64,000 nucleotides of DNA from Mustelus asterias (taxonomy: Eukaryota), in the NCBI RefSeq assembly GCF_964213995.1, contig NW_027590802.1, forward strand, positions 62,001-126,000, in the 5' to 3' direction. Under the pieces are notes generated by a model. The model was given only the letters and a program-made list of their open reading frames with translations. It had not been told where the DNA came from and ran no database searches. The position numbers were made by a program, and so were the translations under genes. This document shows, in pieces, positions 11,719-24,140 of the stretch (its first letter is position 1; the number at the start of each line of letters is the position of its first letter).

Positions 11719-13429
11719 GTATGAACCATAGATTTATTTGCTGAATGTTATATTTGAGTCATTGTTTTACATACTTTTTCTTTATTTGTCAAATCTTCCG
11801 ATCACTGAATTGTGACTTGGTGAATCCTCTACTGAGATTTAATTGCGAGATTTCATGTGATTTATTGTAACAGAGCTACAGAATCACTCTGCCTCTTGAC
11901 AAAAGGTGCTACTGAGGGATTCAGGTTCAAGTTGTTGTGATTTTTTAATTTATTTGCTGAGGATACTGTATGGCCAGCTTATTTTAAGCACCTAACATCT
12001 GCCCAACGGTTTGGCGTATTTACAATGATTAATCTCGATGGTATTTAATGGTTGTGTGTTGTACCATCTAATACACGAGAGTTTGAAATATAACCCAATA
12101 TTAACAAAAAAAGTTAAAGTTTCTTACATTAATTTATTGAACATGATCCTCTTTAGAAATCATAGAAACCCGACAGTGCAGAAGGAGGCCATTCGGCCCA
12201 TCGAGTCTGCACCGACCACAATCCCACCCAGGCCCTACGCCCATATCCCTACATATTTACCTGTTACTCACAATGCTAATGGTTTTATTCGACATTGCTG
12301 TTTACTTCAACGATTCATTGACTTGGTGACGGGCAGATGTGTTGCGTTCTAGATTGAGATTCTCTTTGCAAATTTACATTTGATTCTGTTGAAAGTGTTT
12401 GTAGCTGAAGTGTTTGAGCTGTTTCTCCAGAAAATTGGCTTCAGCCGCTCAGTAATGTGTTTTGATGTTTTTTTTTCTGCTGAGGGGATTGTGAGTCTGG
12501 ATTACTTTGAATAAGTCAAATTTCTGAAATGCTATTGCCTTTCTGCATTGTTTCCATATTGTGTTTGCATTGTTTAAACACGGGAGCATTGAGCGGTTAC
12601 ACGCTTTGTTGTTGAATACAAATAATATTCGCGCTTGCAACTGCTTGACACATGATTGTAGGCAGAAAAAAATACTTGCAGTACATTTTTAAAATTTTTT
12701 AGTTGATAACTGCAAATTAAACTGTGCCACGGTTTCCGAGCAGAGATTGTTACAGCAATCATTGCAAAGCATTTCTGCATTGTTTAATTTCGGTGACATC
12801 TGATGTCTGCAGTTTTTACCATCTACTGAAAATATTAAGTGTTTAAATATGTTTGAACTATATTTGAAAAACGACCCAATATGAACAGCACGTGGTAAAT
12901 CTTCAATATTACTTCGTTGGACATATTCGACCTTCTCCCAATATTGGTGCTGTTACTCCAGATTTATGTTTAGTTTGATAATTCATCGATCTCAAGATGA
13001 ACCGTTTTGTTTAGTCTGACATATGGATGTTGTTGAAATGTTGCTTATTCTGTTGAATGTAAGAACTGAGCAGCTTCTCCATGAACCGAGTTTCAGTCCC
13101 TCAGTGATGTGATTTGTTGATTTTTCGCCTGAGGAGGTTATGTGTCCGGGTGACTTTGAATGTGTCCAATTTGTGAAATGGTTTGGCGTTTCTGAATTGT
13201 GCCCGCCGCGTTGTTTAAACTCAGTGACACTGAGCGGTTCCAATTTTCTATCTGAATGCAGTCTGCATATTTGAATATACTTTAAGTACAATTATAGGCA
13301 AATACAGGCTGGTTTCGGAAATGGGGAATAGAATTCAAGATGTGACAGAGCAATGTTTTGTCCCATTAACTTATAACAGATTAACCTAAATCGCCACAGT
13401 GAAGGGATTGTTGATATGAATGTATTTGT

Positions 13430-14100
13430 TTTGCAGGGAAGTTCCGACTCCATATCATTAGAGATTGAAAAGTAAAAGCTTGAAGTTATGGACTTTATGA
13501 CAAGGTCTCACATGATGTGGAGATGCCGGCGTTAGACTGGGGTAAACACAGTAAGAAGTTTAACAACACCAGGTTAAAGTCCAACAGGTTTATTTGGTGT
13601 GGCTTTTGCTACCAAATAAACCTGTTGGACATAAACCTGGTGTTGTTAAACTTCTTACAAGGTCTCACATGGCAGGCTAGTCTGGAAAGTTAGGTCGCAT
13701 GGGATCCAGAGAGAGCTAGCTAACTGAATTCAAAATTGGCTGCATAGTAGAAAGCAGAGGGTGATGGTTGATGGTTGTTTCTCGGACTGGAGACCTGTGA
13801 CGAGTGGTGTGCCTCAGGGGTCGGTGTTTGGACCCTTGTTATTCGTTAATTATAGAAATGATTTAGATGTGGATGTACAAGACATCCTTCGTAAGTTTGT
13901 GGATGATACCAAATTAGAAGATATCACTGACAGCGAAGAAGGTTATAAAAAATATAGGGGGATCTTAATCAGTCAGGGAAGTGCGCCGAGGATTGGCAAA
14001 TGGATTTCAATCCAGATAAGTGTAAGGTGTTGCATTTTGGAAAGGCAAAGCAGGGAAGGACTTATACATTGCATGGTAGGGCTCTAGTGAGTGTTGAGGA
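13430..14100 (+). mobile_element. CR1 RT fragment in the J-C intron
   Basis: GVPQGSVFGP and FVDDTK motifs. Confidence 0.8.
13512..13658. mobile_element. Short palindromic Penelope-derived element
   Basis: Same termini as 45412-46160; 48-bp inverted arms; flanking duplication ACAAGGTCTCACATG. Confidence 0.8.
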
Positions 14101-15985
14101 GACATCCTCACTCACCGTCAGACTCCCTCACCCTCACTCTCACTCACCCTCACTCATGCACTCTCACTCACGCATGCTCACTCACGCACCTTCCCTTGAT
14201 CAACTTCACGCACTCAACTCTCTCATCGTCATTCACCCAACCTAACACACCCACACTCACACACCCTCATTAACTCAGCCTCACTCATCCATCCTCATTC
14301 ACTCACCCTCACATTCACCCTCATTCATGCACCCTCACTCAATCCCTTCATTCAGCCACCATCACTCATCCACCCTCAATCACTCACCTTCACTTACTCA
14401 CCCTCACCCACCCTCAGCTCTCACTCATGTAAACTCACTCACATCCACTTACTCACCCTCACTCGCTCAACCTTACTCATATCACTCACTCACTTTCGCG
14501 TAAACACCCTCACTCACTCACTCATGCACCCTCACACACGAACCCTCACTCTCCCACCCTCGCTCACCCACCCTCACTCAGTCACCCAAACACCCTCATT
14601 CACTCATCCTCACACACCGTAACTCACCCACTCTCACTCGCACCGTATCTCACGCACCCCCCACACATCCACCCTCACACATTCATCCTCATTCAATCCC
14701 TTCACTCAGCCACCATCACTCATTATCCTCACTCATTCACATTCACTCATTCACCTTCACATGTTCAGCTTTACTCACACACGCTCACTTGCTCACACTC
14801 ACTCGCCCACCCACACTCACACATTCACTCACCGGCCCTCGCGCACCTATCCTCAGGTCACGGTCAGACTCCCTCACCCTCACTCATGCAACCTCACTCA
14901 CGCATGCTCATTCACTCACCTTCACTTGCTCAACTTCGTGCACTCAACTTTACTCTCTCATCGTCATTCACCCAACCTAACGCTCCCACAATCACACACC
15001 CTCACACACTCAGCCTCACTCACCCATCCTCATTCACTCATAGAAATCATAGAAACCCTACAATACAGAAAGAGGCCATTCGGCCCATCGAGTCTGCACC
15101 GACCACAATCCCACCCAGGCCCTACCCCCATATCCCAACATATTTACCCACTAATCCCTCTAACGTACACATCTCAGGACACTAAGGGCAATTTTCAGCA
15201 TGGCCAATCAACCTAGCTGGACATCTTTGGACTGTGGGAGGAAACCGCAGCACCTGGAGGAAACCCACGCAGACACGAGGAGAATGTGCAAACTCCACAC
15301 AGGCAGTGACCCAAGCCGGGAATCGAACCCAGGTCCCCGGAGCTGTGAAGCAGCAGTGCTAACCACCGTGCTACCGTGCCGCCCCTCCTCACTCATCCTC
15401 ACTCATTCATCCTCACTCACTCACCGTCGCCCATCCTCTCTCATCCGCTTCAATCAATCATCCTCACTCACACCTTAACTCACCCGACCTCATTCACCCA
15501 TCCTCACTGACTCAAACTTTCACACATGCACCTTCACTCTCTCACCCTCTTGCGCCTCTTCACTAACTCACCCCCTTCACTTACTCACCCTCACTCACCC
15601 TTTCTCACTCTCTCACCCACTCTAACTTGCTTTCAATGAATCCATACCCAACCGCACTCATACTTACTCACACAATATCATTCACTCACCCTCAGCCACT
15701 CACCCTCAGTCATCCACCATTATTCAATCCACAATAATCATACTCCCTAATTTACACACAGTCCCTCACTCATCACCAACACCCTCACACTCACACCATT
15801 GTTCCCCCGCCTTCAATCCCGCATCCTTGCTTGTTCAGCATCATCCTTCCACCCTCAGTGACTCACCATCACCCAGCCACATTCACTCAGCTACAATCAC
15901 TCACTCACCATCAGTCATTCACTCACTGATATTCACTCACTTACTCATTCACTCTGTCACACTCAGCATGCACAATCACTCACCC
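14100..15985. repeat. Degenerate (CACT/CACCCT)n low-complexity tract
   Basis: Almost G-free plus strand; internal duplication 14115-14305 vs 14860-15040. Confidence 0.9.
15040..15384 (-). mobile_element. V-SINE (HE1-like)
   Basis: Reverse complement of the 9712 element. Confidence 0.88.
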
Positions 15986-16941
15986 AGAGAGCCGGGGGAA
16001 AGTGCAGAGTGTCGTGGTAAGGGAAGAGAGCTGGAGAAGAATACCCAGAGCCCTGGTAGTGGACAGAGCGTCATGGGCAATTGCAGAAAGATGAGGGAGA
16101 TCACATAGAGCCAAAGAAGAGGGCAGAGAGCAGTGGGAAAGTGAAGAGAGCCAGGAGTAAGGAGAAAGTGCCAGGCAAAATGCAGAGAACCGGGAGAAAG
16201 GAGAATGTGCCGGGGGGAAGTGCTGACAACCGACAGAATGTGCAGACTGCTGGTTATCGGATTTGGGGATGGAATATGGAGCTACTAGCATAATCGGTTC
16301 ATCCATGATCTTACTGAATGGTGAATGACGTTCAAGGGACTGAATTGCCTACTGTAGCTGTTAAAACATTATCCGAAGATAAGAGAATGTTACAATTGAT
16401 GAATTGCTACTTTATTGAGAGTTTTATGGGCATGATGGAAGGAATAACCCCGACGGTATTATTGAAGAAAATTCACTATTCTGTTTTGTGGAGTGCGGTG
16501 GGCGGGTGGGCAGGGGATTAGTGAGCTGGTGAGAAGAGGGGGCATCAGTCAGTTTGAAAAAAGGCAATTTCCAAACTGCAATGACAAAATAGAAGAGACC
16601 AATTCTTCACCACAACGTGCTGTTGATTGTGAATTAGTCTCTGAAATAATGCAAAAAATCTCTGCTGTTCTCTTTTAATCCAATCAATGTATGTCATTCA
16701 GATAACAGCAGAATGTATTCTTATTATGCCGGGGTAGAAACGGAGAAAGATATGTTAGTTTCTATAGGGGACAATTATTGCAGAAACCTAAACGATAGAA
16801 GTAGTAGAATATCAAATTGAAATTTGAAAACGAAGCTGTGAAGATAGGATCATAATTGTAGTCGAATTATTAATTGCTTGATTACTTATTGAACAGAATA
16901 ACAGAGTGTAATTTGTTCAATCGGTCATTCTGTGCTCGCAG

Positions 16942-17235
16942 CGCCATCTCCGCCTACTCTCTACAGCCTGGTCTCCTGTCAGCAACGCAATTCCGACGGC
17001 TCCATCACCTATGGCTGTTTGGCGATGGGCTACTCTCCAGAAATCACCAGCCTGACCTGGAAGAAAGATGGGCAGCCGATCACCACTCGATTTAAGTCTT
17101 ACCCGTCAGTCAGAAACATGATGGGAACCTCCACCCTGAGCAGCAAGTTAACCATCATTGAGTCAGAGGGAGCATGCAGCAAAATTAACTGTGAGGTTCG
17201 ACACAGCGGATCAGACCAAAGCATTGAAATGCAAT
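16942..17235 (+). CDS. IGHM: Cmu1 constant exon ([15 protein letters not shown]...[24 protein letters not shown]...LSSKLTI...[17 protein letters not shown])
   Basis: C1-set Cys/Trp/Cys pattern resembling shark IgM CH1; acceptor TGCTCGCAG, donor T|GTAAG, phase 1 at both ends. Confidence 0.9.
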
Positions 17236-17425
17236 GTAAGTATTGAGGATCCTGGGAAGAACAGAAACACTGTCATTAAACTGTATAGAGCCTTGGTTAT
17301 AACACAAGCAGTACATTCCTAATTCCAGATTCGTTTTATATTTGAACTCGAATTCCACCATCTGCCGAGGCAGTATTCGGACCTAGTCCCTAGAGCAAGG
17401 ATACATTTACAGATGAAATTGCTAT

Positions 17426-17808
17426 CATAGAGTCATCGAGGTTTACAGCATGGAAACAGGGCCTTCAGCCCAACTTGTCCAAGCCGCCCGTATTTTTTTA
17501 AACCCCTAAGCTAATCCCAATTGCCCGCATTTGGCCCATATCCCTCTATACCCATCGTACCCATGTAACTATCTAAATGCTTTTTAAAAGATAAAATTGT
17601 ACCTGCCTCTACTACTATCTCTGGCAGCTTGTTCCAGATACTCACCACCTTCTGTGTGAAAAAATTGCCCCTCTGGACACTTTTGCATCTCTCCCCTCTG
17701 ACCTTAAACCTATGCCCTCTAGTTTTCGACTCCCCTACCTTTGGGAAAAGATATTGATTATCTAGCTGATCTATGTCTCTTATTATTTTATAGACCTCTA
17801 TAAGATCT
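17426..17808 (-). mobile_element. CR1 3' fragment in the Cmu1-TM intron
   Basis: DLIEVYKI...FFTQKVV..WNKLP and tail. Confidence 0.85.
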
Positions 17809-18793
17809 AGAACAAAGTTATAAAGAACTATCAAGATGCAAATACATACAGTAACGCATTAACAGACACGCGCACAGACTCAGAGAAATGGAAATAAACA
17901 TTAATAGTCTGATAGAAATGTGGAATACGAAAAGGGGGATCATTATCGAGCAACAGGCACGAACACATGCGCACGTATTAGGGGTGGCATTAAAAAATAA
18001 GTACAGATTTCACACGATAATGCAGTCATACACACATAATTGCAGAAGAATAAAATATACACACTGAAGAAGACACACAAATACCCAAATCAACATACAT
18101 AGGGAAATGAACACGGACATTAACACTCATACAAACATATTAACTCGGAATCAAAGATTAATGCAGAACACGAGATGCTCATACGCACAGCACAAATATA
18201 AAATTTTAAATACAAACGGCAAGTAACTGATTGAAATAAAATTCAAACTTGACTATATTAAATGGTGCATCCTCTGAAAACTGTCCGTATTATACAATGA
18301 ACGGACAAATACGCAGAAGGGGTGCCCTCGCTGAGAAACTAGTTAATGATATACTCAACATTTCGAACATAACTAAACATAGGGGATGGGAACTCACATC
18401 TGAATTCCAAAACAACAAAATTCATAGTTTGCAGATCAGTAGCAATCTGCTAAAATAATCATCATTGATCAGTGAACGTTCCTCGATATCAACTATAACA
18501 TACTTCAATAAGAGATAGTGCCAAACTGTTCGAAAATGGACTGATTCTGAAGAAAAATTCTTAAGGACTATCCGACAGATTCTCTCTAAGGAATGCAAAT
18601 AATGAACAGTTGTGAAGATAGTTACGGAGATCGGTTACTGAGTCGCCCGAACTTAACAGTAGATATCGTTTAAAAATTAAATTTGAGAATAAATTAATAG
18701 CGTAAGAAAGTGAAAATGTAACATAGAAATAACAATAAAATTTCCTGGATCAATTGAGTAAATTAATTATATTTCCTTGTCTACGTCCCCTAG

Positions 18794-18921
18794 ACTCCAC
18801 AGACCGCATCTGGGTTGAAGACAATGAGGATCATAATTGCAACAGATGGACAACCGCTTCCGCGTTCATCGTCCTAATCTTCCTATGCATTTTCTGCAGC
18901 ATCGCAATCACTCTGTTGAAG
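18794..18921 (+). CDS. IGHM: IgM transmembrane exon TM1 (YSTDRIWVEDNEDHNCNRWTTASAFIVLIFLCIFCSIAITLLK)
   Basis: Acidic spacer, WTTAS.FI.L..L.IF.S..TL.K membrane-Ig TM motif; acceptor CCCCTAG, donor AAG|GTAAG. Confidence 0.9.
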
Positions 18922-19035
18922 GTAAGATGATTCAATCCACTCACACTTCAAACGGACAGAAGGGATTTGAAAAACCCCTAAATGATTAAAAACTTTTAAA
19001 ATCATCTGCTTCATTATTTTATCTCTCTTTTCCAG

Positions 19036-19044
19036 ATCAAATGA
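19036..19044 (+). CDS. IGHM: TM2 exon (IK-stop; cytoplasmic tail KIK), followed by 3' UTR
   Basis: Polypyrimidine tract, CAG acceptor, then ATC AAA TGA; equivalent to the KVK tail of membrane IgM. Confidence 0.85.
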   Translation: MK

Positions 19045-20789
19045 TGGGCTGAATTTTGGATTCTGTAGTTTTCCCTCAGCTGATTATTAAGATCTCTGTA
19101 TGGCACAAATACAATATCTGCTCTTGGTGATTCGAGGAGTAACATTCCGTCAGTTTACGTTCCGCACTTGTAACTGAGACAAGTGTGGTCGGTATTTCTG
19201 TTTTCCAACTTGAAATTTACGGCTTAATTATAGTTGTAAAATGATTGTATCTTGTAGTTTCCCCTGAATTTAATGTATAAATAAGTACATTTTCTTGAAA
19301 CATATTCACAATTGTTCATTTCCCTTTATCTTGAAGTCCTGTGTTCTTTTTCTGGTGCTTGTTACAATTGTACATATATTGGACGGCTCAGAGCGCAAGT
19401 TTTCTATTCTCAGTGCAAAGTTCAATCTTCATTTTCCCTTTTGTGAGCTTTAAAATAGACTTTTCTGTAAAATGTTCTCTGAAATTTTTATTAAATCTTG
19501 AATGAAAAATGAACAAAATAATCTTCGAGCGAGGATGTAAAATCTCGCCCTAATTCAATGAAAGAATTGCTGCGGCACGCAGCGACCTATGCTGTAAATA
19601 TATCTTTGCCTCTGCCTTTTTATGATAAGCTCCAATGATTGAACAGCGAGAACCTGGATGATTTCGCTTCTAACTGGTCTGTCACTGTCACATGCGAGGT
19701 AATTATGAACAGCACGAACTCTGCTTCATCATAGGCCGATGCAGGGCATTGTGGGAGAAAATAGTTTCCTTTACAATGTCCCACCAAGCACGGCCGGTGT
19801 CGCTGCATCGTGGCTTAACAGAGTGAATCCCTATATTCCCCGATGAAATGCTCACACGAAATGCGTACCGCAGACTAGAACATAACACAAACAGAACAGG
19901 GGTGCAAAACATAAAGTGGCCCAAGTGACTGAGGTGCATTTCACACTAACATATCATCAAATGCAAACTTCCAAATGAAAGGGCCGATGAGAATTACCAG
20001 AGAAAAATACCGATGAAATTCTTGAAACCTGGGGTGTATCTGACACCGTTAAGTGCAAAACGTGGGAATTGTTCCCAGGCTGGGGCCTCACTGATACAGA
20101 GATTCCAGCTTCGCATTTTGTTTAAAATATACAGGCAGATACATTGTTCTCTCACAGTTCAATTAGATAGTGAATGGGTCCACTGTCAAGAAAATACAAT
20201 GGCTGTCTGCTTCCACCATTATGGTTGCAATCACTGCCTTCTGTATCCATGATGCATTTCTCCCTATTCAGCTCCACTTCCTTTCATGCTAACGCCCAGA
20301 ACTCATGAGGATCACTCCAGGGATCCTCTCTCCCTGCTCCATTGTCTCTGATGCCATCTCACTAAACTCACTGAGCAACACCTCAGAGTTGCAGAGCAGT
20401 TCCTTCAACAATTTTTCAGCGATTCCTTCAAAGACTTCCTGTTACAGGAATTTCAGCAAAAAAAAAACTCTGTTGGGATCCCAGTATCTTCCAATGTTTT
20501 CATTCTACTGTGAGGCAATTGATCCTCTGCAGACTTGAGGTGCAGGCATGTGGTTACTTGACGTTTAATATCACAAATTAAAAGGAGGAAAGAATTCAAT
20601 GTGTTTCATTGTCTGTGGGTCTTCAGTCGATGGTAGCATTAATAGGAAGGCAGATTATTAATTGAAATGATCTCAATTGAGAGAGATGGATAATCAGCGA
20701 GACCTTGGTTTCCTCGTGCATCAGTCGCTGAAAATAGGCATGCAGGTACAGCAAGCAGTGAGAAGACAGACTGCATGTCAGACCATCAG

Positions 20790-23400
20790 ACCATTAGATT
20801 TAGGAGCAGAATTAGGCCATTCGGCCCAAGGAGACTGCTCCTGCATTCAATCACGGCAACTATGATTCTCATCCCCACTCTCCTGCCTTCTCCCCTGAAC
20901 TCTTGATCCCCTTATCTATCAAGAACCTATCTATCTCTGTCTGAAAGATGCTCAGTGACCTGGCCGCCACAGCGCTCTATGACAATGTGTTCCACAGACT
21001 CACCACTCTCAAGCTGAGGAAATTCCTTCTCCTCTCAGTTTTAAAGGAGCGTCTCTTCACTATGACTTTGTGCCCTCGAGTTCTCGTCGCTCTCACAACT
21101 GGAAACATTCTCTCCACGTTCACTCTAATCAGGCCTCTCAGTATTCTGTAAGTTTCAACGAGATCCCCCCAGATCCTTCTAAGCTCCATCGAGTATAGGC
21201 GCAGACCCCTCAACCGCATCTCATATGAAAAACCCTTCATTCCTGGGATCATTCTTGTGAACCTCCTCTGGTGCCCCTCCAAGGCCAGCGCATGCTTCCT
21301 AAGGTATAGGGCCCAAAACTGTTCACACGATTTCAAATAGTGTCTGACCAGAGCCTTATATACCCTCAATAGTACATCCCTGCTCTTATATTCTAGCCCT
21401 GTAGAAATGAATGCAAATGTTGAATTTGCCTTCTCAACTGCCAACTGAACCTGCATGTTAACAATCAGAGAGCCCTGAGCTCGGACTCCTAAGTCCACGT
21501 GTGCACAGATTTCGGAAGCCTTTCCCAATCGAGAAAATTTTCTATGCCTCTATTCTTCCTACTAAAGTGCATAATCTCACACTTTCCTGCGTTGTATTCC
21601 ATATTATACTTCTTTGCCCATTCTCCTATCCTATCCAAGTCATTCTGCAGCCTCCCCATGTCCTGAACACTCCCTGTCTCTCTACATATCTTTGTGTGAT
21701 CCACAAATTTAGCAACCATGCCCTCAGTTCCATCTTACAGATCATTAATGTATATCGTGAAAAGTTGGGGTCACAGCACTGACCTCTGTGGAACACCACG
21801 AGTCACCCTCGGACCCCATTATCCCCACTCTCTGCCTTATGACTGTCAGCCAATCTTCTATCTATGTCAGTACATTACCTCCAATAAAATTTGGCTTTTG
21901 CTCATTTCGCAGCCTCATGTAAGGCTCTCTGGAACTCCAAATAAATCACGTCCACTGGCTCTCCTTTGTCTAATTTCTTCATTCCCGCCTCAAAAAACTC
22001 AAAAACATTTGTCAGACATGACCTCCACTTAACGAAGCCAAGCTGAAGCAGCCCTATTTTACCATGCATTTCCAGGTAGTCCGCAATTTCATCCTTAATA
22101 ATGGACTCCAAGATCTTACCCACCACCGAGATTAGGCGAACTGGCCTATAATTTCCCATCTTCTGCCTCTCTTCCTTCTCAAAAAGGGCTGTTACATTAG
22201 CATTATCCCAGTCCTCTTGGACCTTCCCTGACTCCAGTTATCCCTGAAAGATCACCACCAATGCCTCCACAATCTCCTCAGCTATCCACGTCAGATCCTG
22301 GGGTGTAGTCAATTCAATCGTGGTGATTCATACACCTTCAGACCTTTCAGCTTCCCTTGCGCCTTCTCTTTAGTGATGGCCATTACATTTACTTCTGCCC
22401 CCTGACTTTCTTGAAGTTTCGGCATGTTACTGGTGTGTTCCAACGTGAAGACTGAAACACAGTACCCATTCTGTTCCTTTGTCATTTTTTTGTCCCCGAT
22501 TACTACTTCTCCAGCTGTCCAATGTCCATCCCTGACTCTCTCTTACCTTTTATATATCTAAGAAAAAACTCATGCAATCTTCTTTGACATTACTAGCGAG
22601 CTTACCACCATATTTCATCTTTTCACCCTTTTTGGTTTTTTTTCTAGTAGTCCTCTGCTTGCCTTGAAAGGATTCCCAATCCTTTAGCTTCCACTATTTC
22701 TCGCCTCACGGTATTCTCTTTCCTTTGCTTTTATGCTATCGCTGTCTTCCCTTGTCAGCCATGGTGGCCTCGTCGTCCCCTCAACATGCTTCCTCTTTCT
22801 TGGAATACATTTATGATGTGCCTTCTGAATTGTCCCCCCAAACCCCTGCCACGGTTGTTCCACAGTCTTTCCTGCTAGGCATCCTGTCCAAACAAATCTG
22901 GCCAGTTCCTCCCTTACGGCCTTGTAGCTGCCTTTACTCAATTGTAGCACCGTTTTATCCGATTTCAAAGTTTCCCCCTTAAACTGCAAGGTGAATTCAA
23001 TCATATTGCTGTCAATACCCCTTAGGCGTTCCTTCAACTTAAGTTCCCTGATCAAGATTGCCTCAGTACACATTACCAGACCCAGAAGTGCCTGTTCTGG
23101 CACAAGCTGCTCCAAAAACAAACACCGCATCGACATTCCACAATTTGTTTTATCTTCGGATCCGCTACCAACTTCATTTTCCCAGTCCACCTGCACATTG
23201 AAATCCCCCATGCTTACTGTAATATTGCCTTTCTTCCATGCCTTTTTTATCTCCTGACATATTTTCTGTCCGACTTACTGACGACGGCTGGGAGTCCTGT
23301 ACATAACTCCCATCTGGATCATTTTCCCAATTGCAATTCCTCAACTCCACCACACAGATTCTATGCCGTCCGACCCTATATCCCTTCTTGCTAATGATTT
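20790..23400 (-). mobile_element. Old CR1 ORF2 remnant
   Basis: GDFN endonuclease and RT fragments in order. Confidence 0.8.
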
Positions 23401-23410
23401 AATTTCGTTT

Positions 23411-24140
23411 CATAGAATCATATAATCCTGCAGTGCAGAAGGAGCCCATTCGGCCCAACGAGTTTGTACGGACCACAATACCATCCAGGCCCTATCGCCG
23501 TAAAACCACACATTTACCCTAGCTATTCCCCTTGACACTAAGGGGCAATGTAGCATGGCCAATCCACCTAACTTCACATCTTCGGACAGTGGGAGGAAAC
23601 CAGAGAACCCAGAAGAAACCAACACAGACACAGGGAGAATGTACAAAGTGCACACAGACAGTCAATCAAGCCGGGAATCGACCCCGGGTCCCTGGCACTG
23701 TCGGCCACAGTGCTAAACACTGTGCCACCGTGCTGTGTTTCTTACCAACATGGCATGTTGGCCTTGATAGCGAGAGGTAGTGTGCATGATTATCCGAATC
23801 TCGATGTTACAGCCATATTGTCATTGGGGCGGCATGGTAGCACAATGGTTAGCACGGCTACCCCTAGGCGCCAGGGACCCGGGTTCGATTCCTGTCTTAG
23901 GTGACTATTTGTGCGGAGTTTGCACATTCTCCTCGTGTCTGCGTGGGTTTCCTCTGGGTGCTCCAGTTTCCTCCCACTGTCCGAAGATGTGCGGCGTACG
24001 TTGATTGGCAATGATAAATTGCCCCTTAGTATCAGGGGACAAACTGGGATAAATGCACAAGGTTATGAAGATCGGGCCTGGATTGGATTGTGATCAGAGC
24101 AAAAACGATGGGCCGAATGGCCTCGGTCTACAGTGGAGGA
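23411..24140. mobile_element. Pair of divergent V-SINEs (23411-23735 minus, 23826-24140 plus)
   Basis: Same core in opposite orientations. Confidence 0.8.

Noticed and set aside
12330-12900. E-boxes and octamer-like words in the J-C intron as an Emu-like enhancer
   Set aside because: Only partial matches at a density expected by chance; cannot be supported from sequence alone
14000-16108. His/Thr/Ser-rich ORFs
   Set aside because: Translations of the CACT simple repeat and a SINE
19657-19705. Leader-like ATG...AG|GTAATT stretch downstream of TM2
   Set aside because: Wrong intron phase, and no V exon or RSS follows
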